NCBI GenBank assembly: GCA_949948825.1
Contig: CATLIJ010000001.1
Coordinates: 1-50,773 of the forward strand
Direction: 5' to 3'
Length of the DNA stretch: 50,773 nucleotides
From: an uncultured Clostridiaceae bacterium
GTDB lineage: Bacteria; Bacillota; Clostridia; Lachnospirales; Lachnospiraceae
Shown here: piece by piece, positions 40,296-48,289 of the stretch
How the letters are laid out: each line of letters begins with the position of its first letter
How positions within the stretch are numbered: the first letter of the stretch is position 1
Position numbers and translations under genes: made by a program
Notes under the pieces: generated by a model
What the model was told of the DNA's origin: nothing
What the model saw: only the letters and a program-made list of their open reading frames with translations
The model's database searches: none

Positions 40296-40476
40296 AAGTT
40301 GTACCTCCTTTTTGGGTATCAAAATTACACTACACCTTTGACAGGAGGCGCCGGAGATGATACAATAGTACTGTTGTATGGGTTGTATCATCTGGCACAC
40401 TGTCCAGGTATAGAATCTATGTAGAAACCGTTTGGTGCTGGCAGTGTCAGACGGTTTTTACATTTGATATTAAAAC

Positions 40477-41022
40477 CTATTTAATTATTTTTGAAATAAT
40501 AATTGTCAATTCCGGAAAGAGGCCAAAGGATACTGATCCATCAAATGGGTATATAGTTGGTGCAACATCTTCCTCAAAACGATACACAACAGTAGCTTCT
40601 TTTTGGAGATCTACAATCCAATATTCGCGGACTCCGGCATCCTCATAAAGCGCACTTTTGATAATATAGTCCATCCTTCTGCTGGATGGTGATACAACTT
40701 CAATAATAAGGTCAGGAGCGCCATTACATCCTTTATCCGTGAGTTTATCAGGATCGCAAATAACCGATATATCCGGCTCTACATAATTTTTGTTATTCTT
40801 ATTGAGAAAAACAGCAAATGGGGCAGGATATATTTTGCAACACCCGTTATGTGAATCAATATAATTTCCTATAAGTTTTGTAAATTGTGAGACAAATTCT
40901 TGATGAAGACGGCTTGGCGGGGCCATATTATACATTTGTCCGTCAATCAATTCTGCTCTCTGTCCATCAGGAAGCGCATAAATATCTTCAATCGTATAAA
41001 TCTGTTTCTGCGGTAGTGGCAT
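40477..41022 (-). CDS. Uma2/DUF820 family PD-(D/E)XK endonuclease
   Basis: ELIDG.MYNMAPP, VEPDISVIC, GAPDLIIEVVSPS and GVREYWIVD motifs. Confidence 0.92.
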   Translation of the reverse strand: MPLPQKQIYTIEDIYALPDGQRAELIDGQMYNMAPPSRLHQEFVSQFTKLIGNYIDSHNGCCKIYPAPFAVFLNKNNKNYVEPDISVICDPDKLTDKGCNGAPDLIIEVVSPSSRRMDYIIKSALYEDAGVREYWIVDLQKEATVVYRFEEDVAPTIYPFDGSVSFGLFPELTIIISKIIK

Positions 41023-41233
41023 AAAGCATACCTCCTTTGCTCTAATTTTCCTCTGCTTTCCCAAGAACCTTCCCCAGTATTATAATCCGGCCCCCGTCAC
41101 CCGTAAGTGGCGGGTAGTTTGGGTTGAGGGAAAGCAGACCCTCCTGCCTTCCCTAGTACTTTTCCAATAAGTTTCACTTCTCTGTTATCAACAGTGGTAT
41201 CTGGAAAGGCTTCTTTATGATATCATATTGCAG

Positions 41234-41464
41234 CTATGCAACCTTTGAATAATCAATAATTGAGATTTTGCTTACAATTTTTTCCAAACCATCTAAAATA
41301 TCATCAATTTTTTCAACAACAGACCCCCTAAATACCACGTCTCCACATTGATCACATTTTAAGCAAGGAACATTTTCTATAATTACATAACAATTCTTTA
41401 GTTGGGCAAAATATGTTGCCTTATCTTCTGCCATTGTCCCGCTTTTACAACTTGTACATCTCAT
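41234..41464 (-). CDS. YgiT-type zinc-finger protein (MqsA-like antitoxin N-domain)
   Basis: MRCTSCK...IIENVPCLKCDQCG. Confidence 0.88.
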   Translation of the reverse strand: MRCTSCKSGTMAEDKATYFAQLKNCYVIIENVPCLKCDQCGDVVFRGSVVEKIDDILDGLEKIVSKISIIDYSKVA

Positions 41465-41691
41465 GAGGCAGGCTCCCTTCTAGTTTTTAAATCATTTTCA
41501 AATGTCTGGTTCAACATAATTCCTGCTATCTTTATTAAAAAACACTGCAAGGGGGGCTACAAATACCTCACATGAACCATGGTTGGTGGAGCCATGTTGT
41601 AAATTTGGCCGCCAATCAGTTCAGCTCTCTGGCTATCCGGAAGGGAACAAATATCCTCGATTGTATAATGGTCCATTTTTACTAATGGCAT
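41461..41691 (-). pseudogene. Second Uma2 paralog fragment fused to the 3' stub of a DUF4258-like gene
   Basis: MPLVKMDHYTIEDICSLPDSQRAELIGGQIYNMAPP, then a frameshifting deletion, then HGSCEVFVAPLAVFFNKDSRNYVEPDI, then FENDLKTRREPAS* overlapping the YgiT ATG. Confidence 0.75.
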
Positions 41692-42163
41692 ATGAATCTT
41701 CCTTTTTGCGTTTTTCTGTTACTATTAAATGAGGTTCAAATTGGATTGCATATCCGTCTATTTCCGTATATGTTCCATATTTCTCACGGTAGTAGTCTAA
41801 GGCATCCTGTAAAAAGGATTCTGTAACCCCTAAATATTCCGCAAGTTCATAATTATTCTGACATTTCGCGTGGTATCCTTGGATAATACCAGATAGCCCA
41901 ATTTGTTTATCGTAGGCCCAAATCTTACCTGCGCGTTCCTGCTTCCGGTTTGCCGTATTTGATTGATCAAGAATATTGCCTGCTGCTGTGTGGTAGTGGT
42001 CAATTTCCTCTGCCAATACACACGCTTTTTCAGCTAAAGTGGGAATGTTCCGTCGTATAGCGATCCGTTTTCCTTTAATCCGGCCTTTGCATATCGGTAA
42101 ATTTTTCTCTTTTACGATTAATCCTGCCCTGTCTGCTTCTATCAATAAATCTTCGTAGCTCAA
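41633..42163 (-). CDS. ImmA/IrrE-like metallopeptidase (anti-repressor)
   Basis: ACVLAEEIDHYHT, KQERAG and ELAEYLGVT motifs; lysogeny-module position. Confidence 0.8.
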   Translation of the reverse strand: MSYEDLLIEADRAGLIVKEKNLPICKGRIKGKRIAIRRNIPTLAEKACVLAEEIDHYHTAAGNILDQSNTANRKQERAGKIWAYDKQIGLSGIIQGYHAKCQNNYELAEYLGVTESFLQDALDYYREKYGTYTEIDGYAIQFEPHLIVTEKRKKEDSYAISKNGPLYNRGYLFPSG

Positions 42164-42334
42164 ATAGTATCACTCCTCAGATCAGGCATACATAAGGTGG
42201 CCTTTTGGTTCTGGAACATTAAGGCCCTTTCTATTGTTAGTTCAAACTACTCTTTGATAACGATCTCGGTATCTTTGCACTTCGGCGTCAATGTGGAATG
42301 TGGGAGTAGAGTGTTTTTGGTGTTCTTGTCTGTA

Positions 42335-42694
42335 TCAATCTAAATGCTTATTAAGTTTTTTGTCAAAGCTAAACACATTTTCTTTGTTAATCTTATGATA
42401 TGCAATCAGCAGACAGTCTACAAAGTCAAGGGAAATTGATGAATATATATCTATGGCCACTCTGACACATTTTTCTTCAGCACAGGAAATATCATCAAGC
42501 ATGGAATATATAAATGCCCGTATGCTGTTTTTGTCAATTTGATAAACTCTTTTTAATACATAAATGACTTCGGCAATGATTTCTGGCTTTGTATACACGT
42601 TGCCAGAAGAAACAAGCTCTCTAGCCTTTGATGACATTTCCAGACTGTCATTGAGCAGATACCGCAATATGACATTGGCATCAATCAATCGCAT
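42335..42694 (-). CDS. PIN-domain (VapC-like) toxin
   Basis: LIDANVILRYLL, AEV.YVL, LDFVDCLL and FSFDKKL motifs. Confidence 0.9.
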   Translation of the reverse strand: MRLIDANVILRYLLNDSLEMSSKARELVSSGNVYTKPEIIAEVIYVLKRVYQIDKNSIRAFIYSMLDDISCAEEKCVRVAIDIYSSISLDFVDCLLIAYHKINKENVFSFDKKLNKHLD

Positions 42695-42920
42695 GTTTTT
42701 CGACCATTGCATCGGCGAATGCCTCCTTTTCCAAAGATATTAATGCTGGGTTGGCATATTTATGGGCAATACCGAATGCAGAAGTTTTCCCTGGTTTGTT
42801 TTCAAGAGTTTGTTGTCTATCTTCTTGAAATTTAATGAACTGCATGAAGGTACATACGGATTCAAGCCTGTTTTCGGGTATCGTCTGTAATAAATCCATA
42901 GCTTTTTGTAATGCTGACAT
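42681..42920 (-). CDS. Cognate antitoxin of the PIN toxin
   Basis: Small ORF overlapping the toxin start; SAFGIAHKYANP.LI..EK.AF. Confidence 0.75.
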   Translation of the reverse strand: MSALQKAMDLLQTIPENRLESVCTFMQFIKFQEDRQQTLENKPGKTSAFGIAHKYANPALISLEKEAFADAMVEKHAID

Positions 42921-42990
42921 AAAATATCCTCTCTTTCCATAAAGAATAATGTATTATCATTATCAGACGAATAAACGATCCGTTCATATT

Positions 42991-43476
42991 TTAAAAATTT
43001 TCGTCATCCATAATGTCTTCTTCCATTTGTTTCAGTTCTTCTGGGGCATTTACATAGCCGTCAGCGTGGGCTGCATTGAGAACTAAATAATCAGGGGGGG
43101 ATTCTTCAACCACAGGGATAGACTTTTGTTTCTGATTGACCATTTGGCAGCGGTCGTGTTCCTTGTCAAGAACTGTATCAACCATGTCTTTGCCATGGGG
43201 GTCGAGGCAGCGGTATTTGTTAATATGCTCAAATTCGGAAGACTTTAATTGGTGTGTGGAACACCTTTCTTTTTCTTCTGTTATTCCTAATAAATAATCT
43301 GTGGACACTTTAAAAAAATCAGACATCTGCTTTAAAAATGTATGCCCAGGTTCTCTTACATCTGTTTCATAATTTCTCAATGTAGTTTCTGGTATTCCGA
43401 TTTTTTCAGCGAAGCTCTTACGGGTATGAAACCCTTGCTCTTCTCTAAGTTGAGATATTCTATTTCCAAAAGTCAT
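42991..43476 (-). CDS. Phage CI-like XRE repressor
   Basis: HTH FAEKIGIPETTLRNYETDVREP, VSTDYLLG; NAAH C-terminal motif; GGAGG RBS. Confidence 0.9.
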   Translation of the reverse strand: MTFGNRISQLREEQGFHTRKSFAEKIGIPETTLRNYETDVREPGHTFLKQMSDFFKVSTDYLLGITEEKERCSTHQLKSSEFEHINKYRCLDPHGKDMVDTVLDKEHDRCQMVNQKQKSIPVVEESPPDYLVLNAAHADGYVNAPEELKQMEEDIMDDENF

Positions 43477-43497
43477 GCAAGTACCTCCTTTAAGCCC

Positions 43498-43621
43498 ATT
43501 ATATGTAATATTTTTCATAATGTCAACACCAAAAAGCTCAAAATGAGCAAAAAAAATCAAAATACTATTGATAAAAGCTCAAAACAGGATTATACTACAC
43601 TTATAAAAGCTCAAAATGAAC
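43498..43621. promoter_or_regulatory. Lysis/lysogeny switch: divergent promoters and three operators
   Basis: Leftward TTGACA(43526-43521)-17-TATAAT(43503-43498); rightward TTGATA(43568)-17-TATACT(43591); GCTCAAAATGAGC-type sites at 43536, 43577, 43609. Confidence 0.8.
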
Positions 43622-43637
43622 AGAAAAGAAGCGAAAA

Positions 43638-43856
43638 ATGCTCAGTAGTATCGAAACTGAAAGGGCGCGTAATGGGCTAACAAAAGAGGAGCTTGCCAAA
43701 AAGCTAGGAGTTACCATCAGGACCTATTATAATTGGATTAATGAAGAGACAGATATGCCAATTACAAAACTCGTGATGCTGTCTTGGTTATTCAACACAA
43801 ACATAGACTATCTTCTTCAGGGAATGTCTGGAGTTGCGTCAGACAAAGGGGCTTAG
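43638..43856 (+). CDS. Cro-like HTH regulator
   Basis: LTKEELAKKLGVTIRTYYNW...NIDYLL; divergent from the repressor. Confidence 0.88.
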   Translation: MLSSIETERARNGLTKEELAKKLGVTIRTYYNWINEETDMPITKLVMLSWLFNTNIDYLLQGMSGVASDKGA

Positions 43857-43873
43857 GAAGGAGGTGAAAGAGA

Positions 43874-44038
43874 ACGGGCGAAAATGATATGAATGCTGTT
43901 TTTCGGGAGGAAAGAGAACTGCTCCACAAGCAGTTGCGGCTACTTGTAGAGCAGTCAGAAAATTGTACATCTACGGAATTATCAAAATTATCAGAACAAA
44001 TGATTGCTATTTATTCTGTTCTGACACCTGGATATTAG
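43874..44038 (+). CDS. Small phage hypothetical protein (ACG at the RBS-optimal position; next ATG 43889)
   Basis: GGAGGTG RBS; ERELLHKQLRLLVEQSENC..ELSKLSEQMIAIY. Confidence 0.5.
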   Translation, partial: TGENDMNAVFREERELLHKQLRLLVEQSENCTSTELSKLSEQMIAIYSVLTPGY

Positions 44039-44165
44039 AAAAAATTTGGTTGTACAAATCTATTGTGATTTGAGGGATATCATAATTTTGTTTAAGGTTA
44101 GCTTGCTTAATTGTACCAGGGAGTGCTAATTTGACAAGTTCCAGAGAGATTTCTTCTTTTGACAT
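44007..44165 (-). CDS. Small 52-aa hypothetical protein
   Basis: AGAAAGGA RBS; MSKEEISLELVKLALPG...LYNQIFSNI. Confidence 0.55.
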   Translation of the reverse strand: MSKEEISLELVKLALPGTIKQANLKQNYDIPQITIDLYNQIFSNIQVSEQNK

Positions 44166-44184
44166 TTGGTTTTCCTTTCTATAA

Positions 44185-46217
44185 TGTCAAGCCCTAAATT
44201 ACTGATTTTTAGGCTTTTTTCTTTAAATAGTTACCTCTTAAACAAGAACTAAAAGTGCATGACAGTCATTGTATCTTGTACTGAATAGTTAAATAAGGGT
44301 ATCGTTTATAAAGCGTCCTATTGTTTCGCTTTATAAAGGCTATAAATCCTCTGTTAACTATGATGGTGAACCTTCCGTGTCTAATGGTATCGCGTACCAA
44401 CTTCCTTCGTCCCACCTGTTCATGCACCGAGTGCCCGCTAAGCTTTCTAACAGGGTCCATGCCCTACGGAGAGAACTACTGTCGGCTACAGCTCTTGTTT
44501 CTATCCTGATCTTATTGACACACCCGTTCCGCAGGGTACGGATATCCCGTGGACGCTTGCCCTGCCTCACTTTGCTGGTCTTTATGATGATGCAGTGCTG
44601 CTGCACTCCATCGTTATCGGGTTTCTTTCCAGAACCCTGCCCGATTTCGGAATCATCCGGAACCCGGCAAGGCTCTGGAATCAATAATGCTATAAAAATG
44701 TCTTACGCTGCAGCTGCTTCCTTCTTTTCCGGACGCTTGATGTCCATCAGCATCTTCTTCGGATCATAGACTGTTTCATTCTTCAGAATCGTGTAGATGA
44801 TTCTCAGAAGCTTGCAGGCTATAACAATTAATGACTGCATCTTTTTCAGCGGATTATCTGCCCGTGTCGTATAGTACATATGAAGTTCTTTGAATTCTTC
44901 CGCATGGGCCACCGCTGACTTTGCCGCCTGGAATAACCTGTATCTGAGCCTTTTTCGTCCTCTGTGACTGATCCTGGTTTCTCCTTTATGCTTTCCCGAG
45001 CTGCACGCTACAAGACCTAATCCGCTTAATTTTTGTATTTCCTTCACATCATCAAATCTCAAAATGTCTCCCAGCTCTGCAAGGATGCCGGAAAGTGTAT
45101 TTTCTCCGATTCCTGATATCTTCAGAATGTTACCGCTATGCGGTATTTCCTGGCATTTCTGGTTGATCTGATTCTCCAGGACGGTAAGATCTGCATCCAG
45201 TTCCAGGATTCTCTGAACAAACCACTTTACAGCTGTCTTGCCCGCAGCGGCCCCATCCCGAATCCCAACACTTGTTTTCGTATACCGCAAGATTTCTCCG
45301 GCTCTGCTGTAGCCACGTCCTCTGAGCTTAGCTTCATGCCAGATCTGTCTTATTCCATCTTCACCCAGAGATATCAGATCATCCGGGAATGGCGCCTCTT
45401 TCAGCAGTTCCAGACTGAATGCGCCATCGGCTTTTCCCAGCGTCTCTTTATACTCCGGGAGATAAATCTTCATCTCCCTGTGCAGTCGGTTGATCGAACG
45501 GATCCTGTCCTCATTCAGCTGGTCCCTGAACATCGACAGTCGGCGAAGTTCCGCATAGAGTTTTTCCGGAAGGTATGGCATCCCAAAGTTACCATCCTTG
45601 ACAAGATTTGCTATAAGTTTCGGATCTTTCGTGTCATCCTTCCGCTGGCTGTTATCTTCAACCTCCTTTGTCTGCTTCACAGCGTAAGGGTTTACCTGTA
45701 CAACACTGATTCCGTTTGATATCATCCATGTCGCAAGGCAGAACCAGTAATGGCCTGTCGGCTTTAAGCCCAGTACGATCTGGCTCTTGTTATGTTCAGC
45801 AGCTATTTTCACTGCCCACTCCTTTGCACTCTGGAATCCCTCTGAATCATTGTTAAATGGAAATGCGGACTTACTGAGTTCCCTTCCCCTGGTATCAATT
45901 GCTCTCATATAGTGTGTTTCACTGCCTACATCGCATCCTAAGATAAGCATGTCATCACTGATAAAGGAGAGATTTTTATTTTTATCAAACTTACTCTTGG
46001 TTTCCAGCTCATGCCAGGTTGAAGCCGTAAGGCTTTCTCTGATCACCTCCGCTTTCTTCAAAAGCTCCTGCTGTTCAAAAATATTTGCTGTTACTACTTG
46101 ATTTTTCTTCTTTGTCCCTTTAATATTCATTTTAGATACCTCTTGTATTCTTTAGATTTTTACCAACTGGCTGGTCAGTAATAATCTAAATTTACTTGAG
46201 GTATTTTTTTGTGTCAA
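44185..46217 (-). mobile_element. IS110-family insertion sequence (~2.0 kb) with long 3' non-coding end
   Basis: IS110 transposase; TGTCAA repeated at 44185-44190 and 46212-46217 (ends uncertain by a few bp). Confidence 0.85.
44703..46130 (-). CDS. IS110 transposase/recombinase, probably catalytically impaired
   Basis: RuvC-like GCDVG, (E>K)PTGHYW, VNP and KDD.KD motifs; ISGIG; SSG serine loop; ACKLLR. Confidence 0.92.
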   Translation of the reverse strand: MNIKGTKKKNQVVTANIFEQQELLKKAEVIRESLTASTWHELETKSKFDKNKNLSFISDDMLILGCDVGSETHYMRAIDTRGRELSKSAFPFNNDSEGFQSAKEWAVKIAAEHNKSQIVLGLKPTGHYWFCLATWMISNGISVVQVNPYAVKQTKEVEDNSQRKDDTKDPKLIANLVKDGNFGMPYLPEKLYAELRRLSMFRDQLNEDRIRSINRLHREMKIYLPEYKETLGKADGAFSLELLKEAPFPDDLISLGEDGIRQIWHEAKLRGRGYSRAGEILRYTKTSVGIRDGAAAGKTAVKWFVQRILELDADLTVLENQINQKCQEIPHSGNILKISGIGENTLSGILAELGDILRFDDVKEIQKLSGLGLVACSSGKHKGETRISHRGRKRLRYRLFQAAKSAVAHAEEFKELHMYYTTRADNPLKKMQSLIVIACKLLRIIYTILKNETVYDPKKMLMDIKRPEKKEAAAA

Positions 46218-46255
46218 TCTCTTGACCTATTTAAAGTATACAGGAAGGAGAAGCA

Positions 46256-46471
46256 GTGACTAAATATATGCGGTGGAATCTGGTGATAGCTCGTGGGATT
46301 GTGGTTAAAGCAGATTGGATTTTGCAGATGCTGGCAGCCGAAGAGCAGGAAGATTTTGAGAGTTCTCCAGGGGGACCGGAGCGCCAATTCGAGATGCAAA
46401 GGAACTTAAAAATGTTGGGAGAAGCGAGAAAATATCTGGATGGTGCAATGTCTGAGATAGATCGGATTTAG
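46256..46471 (+). CDS. Phage hypothetical protein
   Basis: GTG start after AAGGAG; helical C-terminus. Confidence 0.55.
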   Translation: MTKYMRWNLVIARGIVVKADWILQMLAAEEQEDFESSPGGPERQFEMQRNLKMLGEARKYLDGAMSEIDRI

Positions 46472-46480
46472 CAGAGGAGA

Positions 46481-46948
46481 GTGCAGATGACAATACAGGA
46501 GGTTTTAGAGGCTGATTGGAATGTGGACAAATTAGATATTTCCGTCTGCCATGAGAAAACAGGCTGGAGGATAATGCGGTATTGTATTGGGAGGGATGTG
46601 TGGCCGTCAAAACAGGATCGGTTTATTCGGGAAACGGAAGCCGGGAGCCTGTACGGCGAAGGTGGACTCAATGTCCTTTACTGCAATCGAGTAATCCAGT
46701 TTTTGCAGTGTACGGATAAACCAAAAGGCTTACAGCTATGCGCCAGAGAAGTTTTGTTAAAGCAAATTCCAAAAGAGTTATTGGAACTGGCTGTTTACAG
46801 CATGTCTCCCTGGAGCTGTGGCGGAGCGGATTTTTTACATGGATATCGTTTTACCTGCTATGTGGATTCGTGGAATGGAATTTCAGGAGAAAAGGAGAAT
46901 TGGCATGAAAAAAGAATTGATTGGGCTTATCACAAGAATGTTATCTGA
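46481..46948 (+). CDS. Phage hypothetical protein
   Basis: GAGGAG RBS; 155-aa ORF. Confidence 0.65.
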   Translation: MQMTIQEVLEADWNVDKLDISVCHEKTGWRIMRYCIGRDVWPSKQDRFIRETEAGSLYGEGGLNVLYCNRVIQFLQCTDKPKGLQLCAREVLLKQIPKELLELAVYSMSPWSCGGADFLHGYRFTCYVDSWNGISGEKENWHEKRIDWAYHKNVI

Positions 46949-47204
46949 GCTCTCCCACAAGGCATTTGTGGAATACGTTGCGGATAATGACGATTTTAAA
47001 CGTTTGCTGAAAAATGATGAGTCATTAGAGCGGGAGTATTTGGCACTTGATTTGCGGGATGACCAAAGAGAGGTTATCGAAAAATTACTGCAGTCCCGGC
47101 TGGATGTTGAGCAGTGCAGTTTGCCGCTTATGTATGTGGCTGACTACATGAATGCACTTTTGGCTTTAAGCAAATTGGGATTCTTGGATAATTTCGATTC
47201 ATAA
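46905..47204 (+). CDS. Phage hypothetical protein
   Basis: AAGGAG RBS before ATG 46905. Confidence 0.65.
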   Translation: MKKELIGLITRMLSELSHKAFVEYVADNDDFKRLLKNDESLEREYLALDLRDDQREVIEKLLQSRLDVEQCSLPLMYVADYMNALLALSKLGFLDNFDS

Positions 47205-47221
47205 AGAGGAGGAATAGGGAA

Positions 47222-47419
47222 ATGGATTATAAAAGAGCATTGGAGATAATCAAAAGGAAGACGTCCATACCGGAAGAAGGAGAAACATTTGACGACATAT
47301 CGGAGGCGTTTGATTTGGCCGCGGCAGCTATCGAAAATATTATCCTTGCGAAACCATGGAGTGTTTTGGACGTAGACGTGGATGGAGAAAGTAAAGAACT
47401 GGATCTAGGAGGGATTTAG
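47222..47419 (+). CDS. Phage hypothetical protein
   Basis: GGAGG RBS; EAFDLAAAAIE motif typical of small early phage proteins. Confidence 0.65.
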   Translation: MDYKRALEIIKRKTSIPEEGETFDDISEAFDLAAAAIENIILAKPWSVLDVDVDGESKELDLGGI

Positions 47420-47892
47420 TGAATCAGAGTATACTGGCTCAATATTGCAGCATGAAGAAAGAGATTAAGGATTTGCGGACCCGGATAAAAAAGCTGGACA
47501 AGTTCTTAGAGAATCCGCCGATTGTATCGGATACGGTAAAAGGGACTAGAAGAGACGGCACAATAGGCCCGATTAAAATTACGGGCATTCCGGAACCTAT
47601 GTATGAGAGAAAGCAGCGGCTTCGGGACCGGTACCTGCGGCTCTTGGAGGAAAAGGAGGCGGAGCTTTTAGAACTGGCCTGTCAGGCAGAAGAGTACATA
47701 CAGAGCATACCAAAGTCGGAGCTGCGGATTATGTTTCGGTTGTATTATATTGATGGACTCACGTGGGTGCAGGTAGTTCACCGGATGAATAGTATGTTTC
47801 CAAACAGGAGGATTAAGTATACAGAGGATAACAGCTGGAGAAGAAATCAGAGATTTTTTGAAAATGTCGGGTCATGTCGGGAGAAAATGTGA
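47419..47892 (+). CDS. RinA/ArpU-type late transcriptional activator
   Basis: L.QY...KKEI.DL..RI; IQSIP.SELR.MFRLYYIDGLTW.QV; sits just upstream of the packaging region. Confidence 0.8.
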   Translation: MNQSILAQYCSMKKEIKDLRTRIKKLDKFLENPPIVSDTVKGTRRDGTIGPIKITGIPEPMYERKQRLRDRYLRLLEEKEAELLELACQAEEYIQSIPKSELRIMFRLYYIDGLTWVQVVHRMNSMFPNRRIKYTEDNSWRRNQRFFENVGSCREKM

Positions 47893-47898
47893 TATGCT
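47864..47898 (+). promoter_or_regulatory. Putative late promoter with activator direct repeats
   Basis: ATGTCGGG twice with 10-bp period (47864, 47874), followed by TGaTATGCT. Confidence 0.5.
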
Positions 47899-48069
47899 TT
47901 AGACTGGACATATTGGAAGCGAATAGCAGCCTTTCATATTTCTTCGAAAATCCCCCTTTACGGCCGTTTGGTGCCATAGCCAGACGGCTGATTTGGAACT
48001 GACAGTATCTCCAAGCCAAAGACTGTCAACAACCTGGTTTCGGACTCTCCATCCAGACATTCCAGGTAT

Positions 48070-48097
48070 AAGGCGCCTTAGCAATAGGGCGTCTTTT
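48070..48097 (+). terminator. Intrinsic terminator
   Basis: AAGGCGCCTTA-GCAA-TAGGGCGTCTT followed by TT. Confidence 0.7.
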
Positions 48098-48131
48098 GAT
48101 TGTAAAAAAAGTATTCATAGTTGATTGGTAC

Positions 48132-48160
48132 TTTACAAATGAGAACATATGTTCTATAAT
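48132..48160 (+). promoter_or_regulatory. Sigma-A promoter containing a perfect LexA (Cheo) box
   Basis: TTTACA(48132)-17-TATAAT(48155) with GAACATATGTTC at 48143-48154. Confidence 0.8.
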
Positions 48161-48289
48161 AGAATAAGGAATAGAGAGTTTAGTTACCGCATAACATAAT
48201 AGACAAAACTTGCTTGGTATATTTGGCAAGATTTTCCAGTACGGCATGTGCTATAATGTAAAAAAATGTCGGATTGGAGAGTGGGTTAC

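Noticed and set aside
44266-44769. ORF-track ORFs inside the IS110 3' region
   Set aside because: No RBS or recognisable domains; the region is better explained as structured non-coding sequence.
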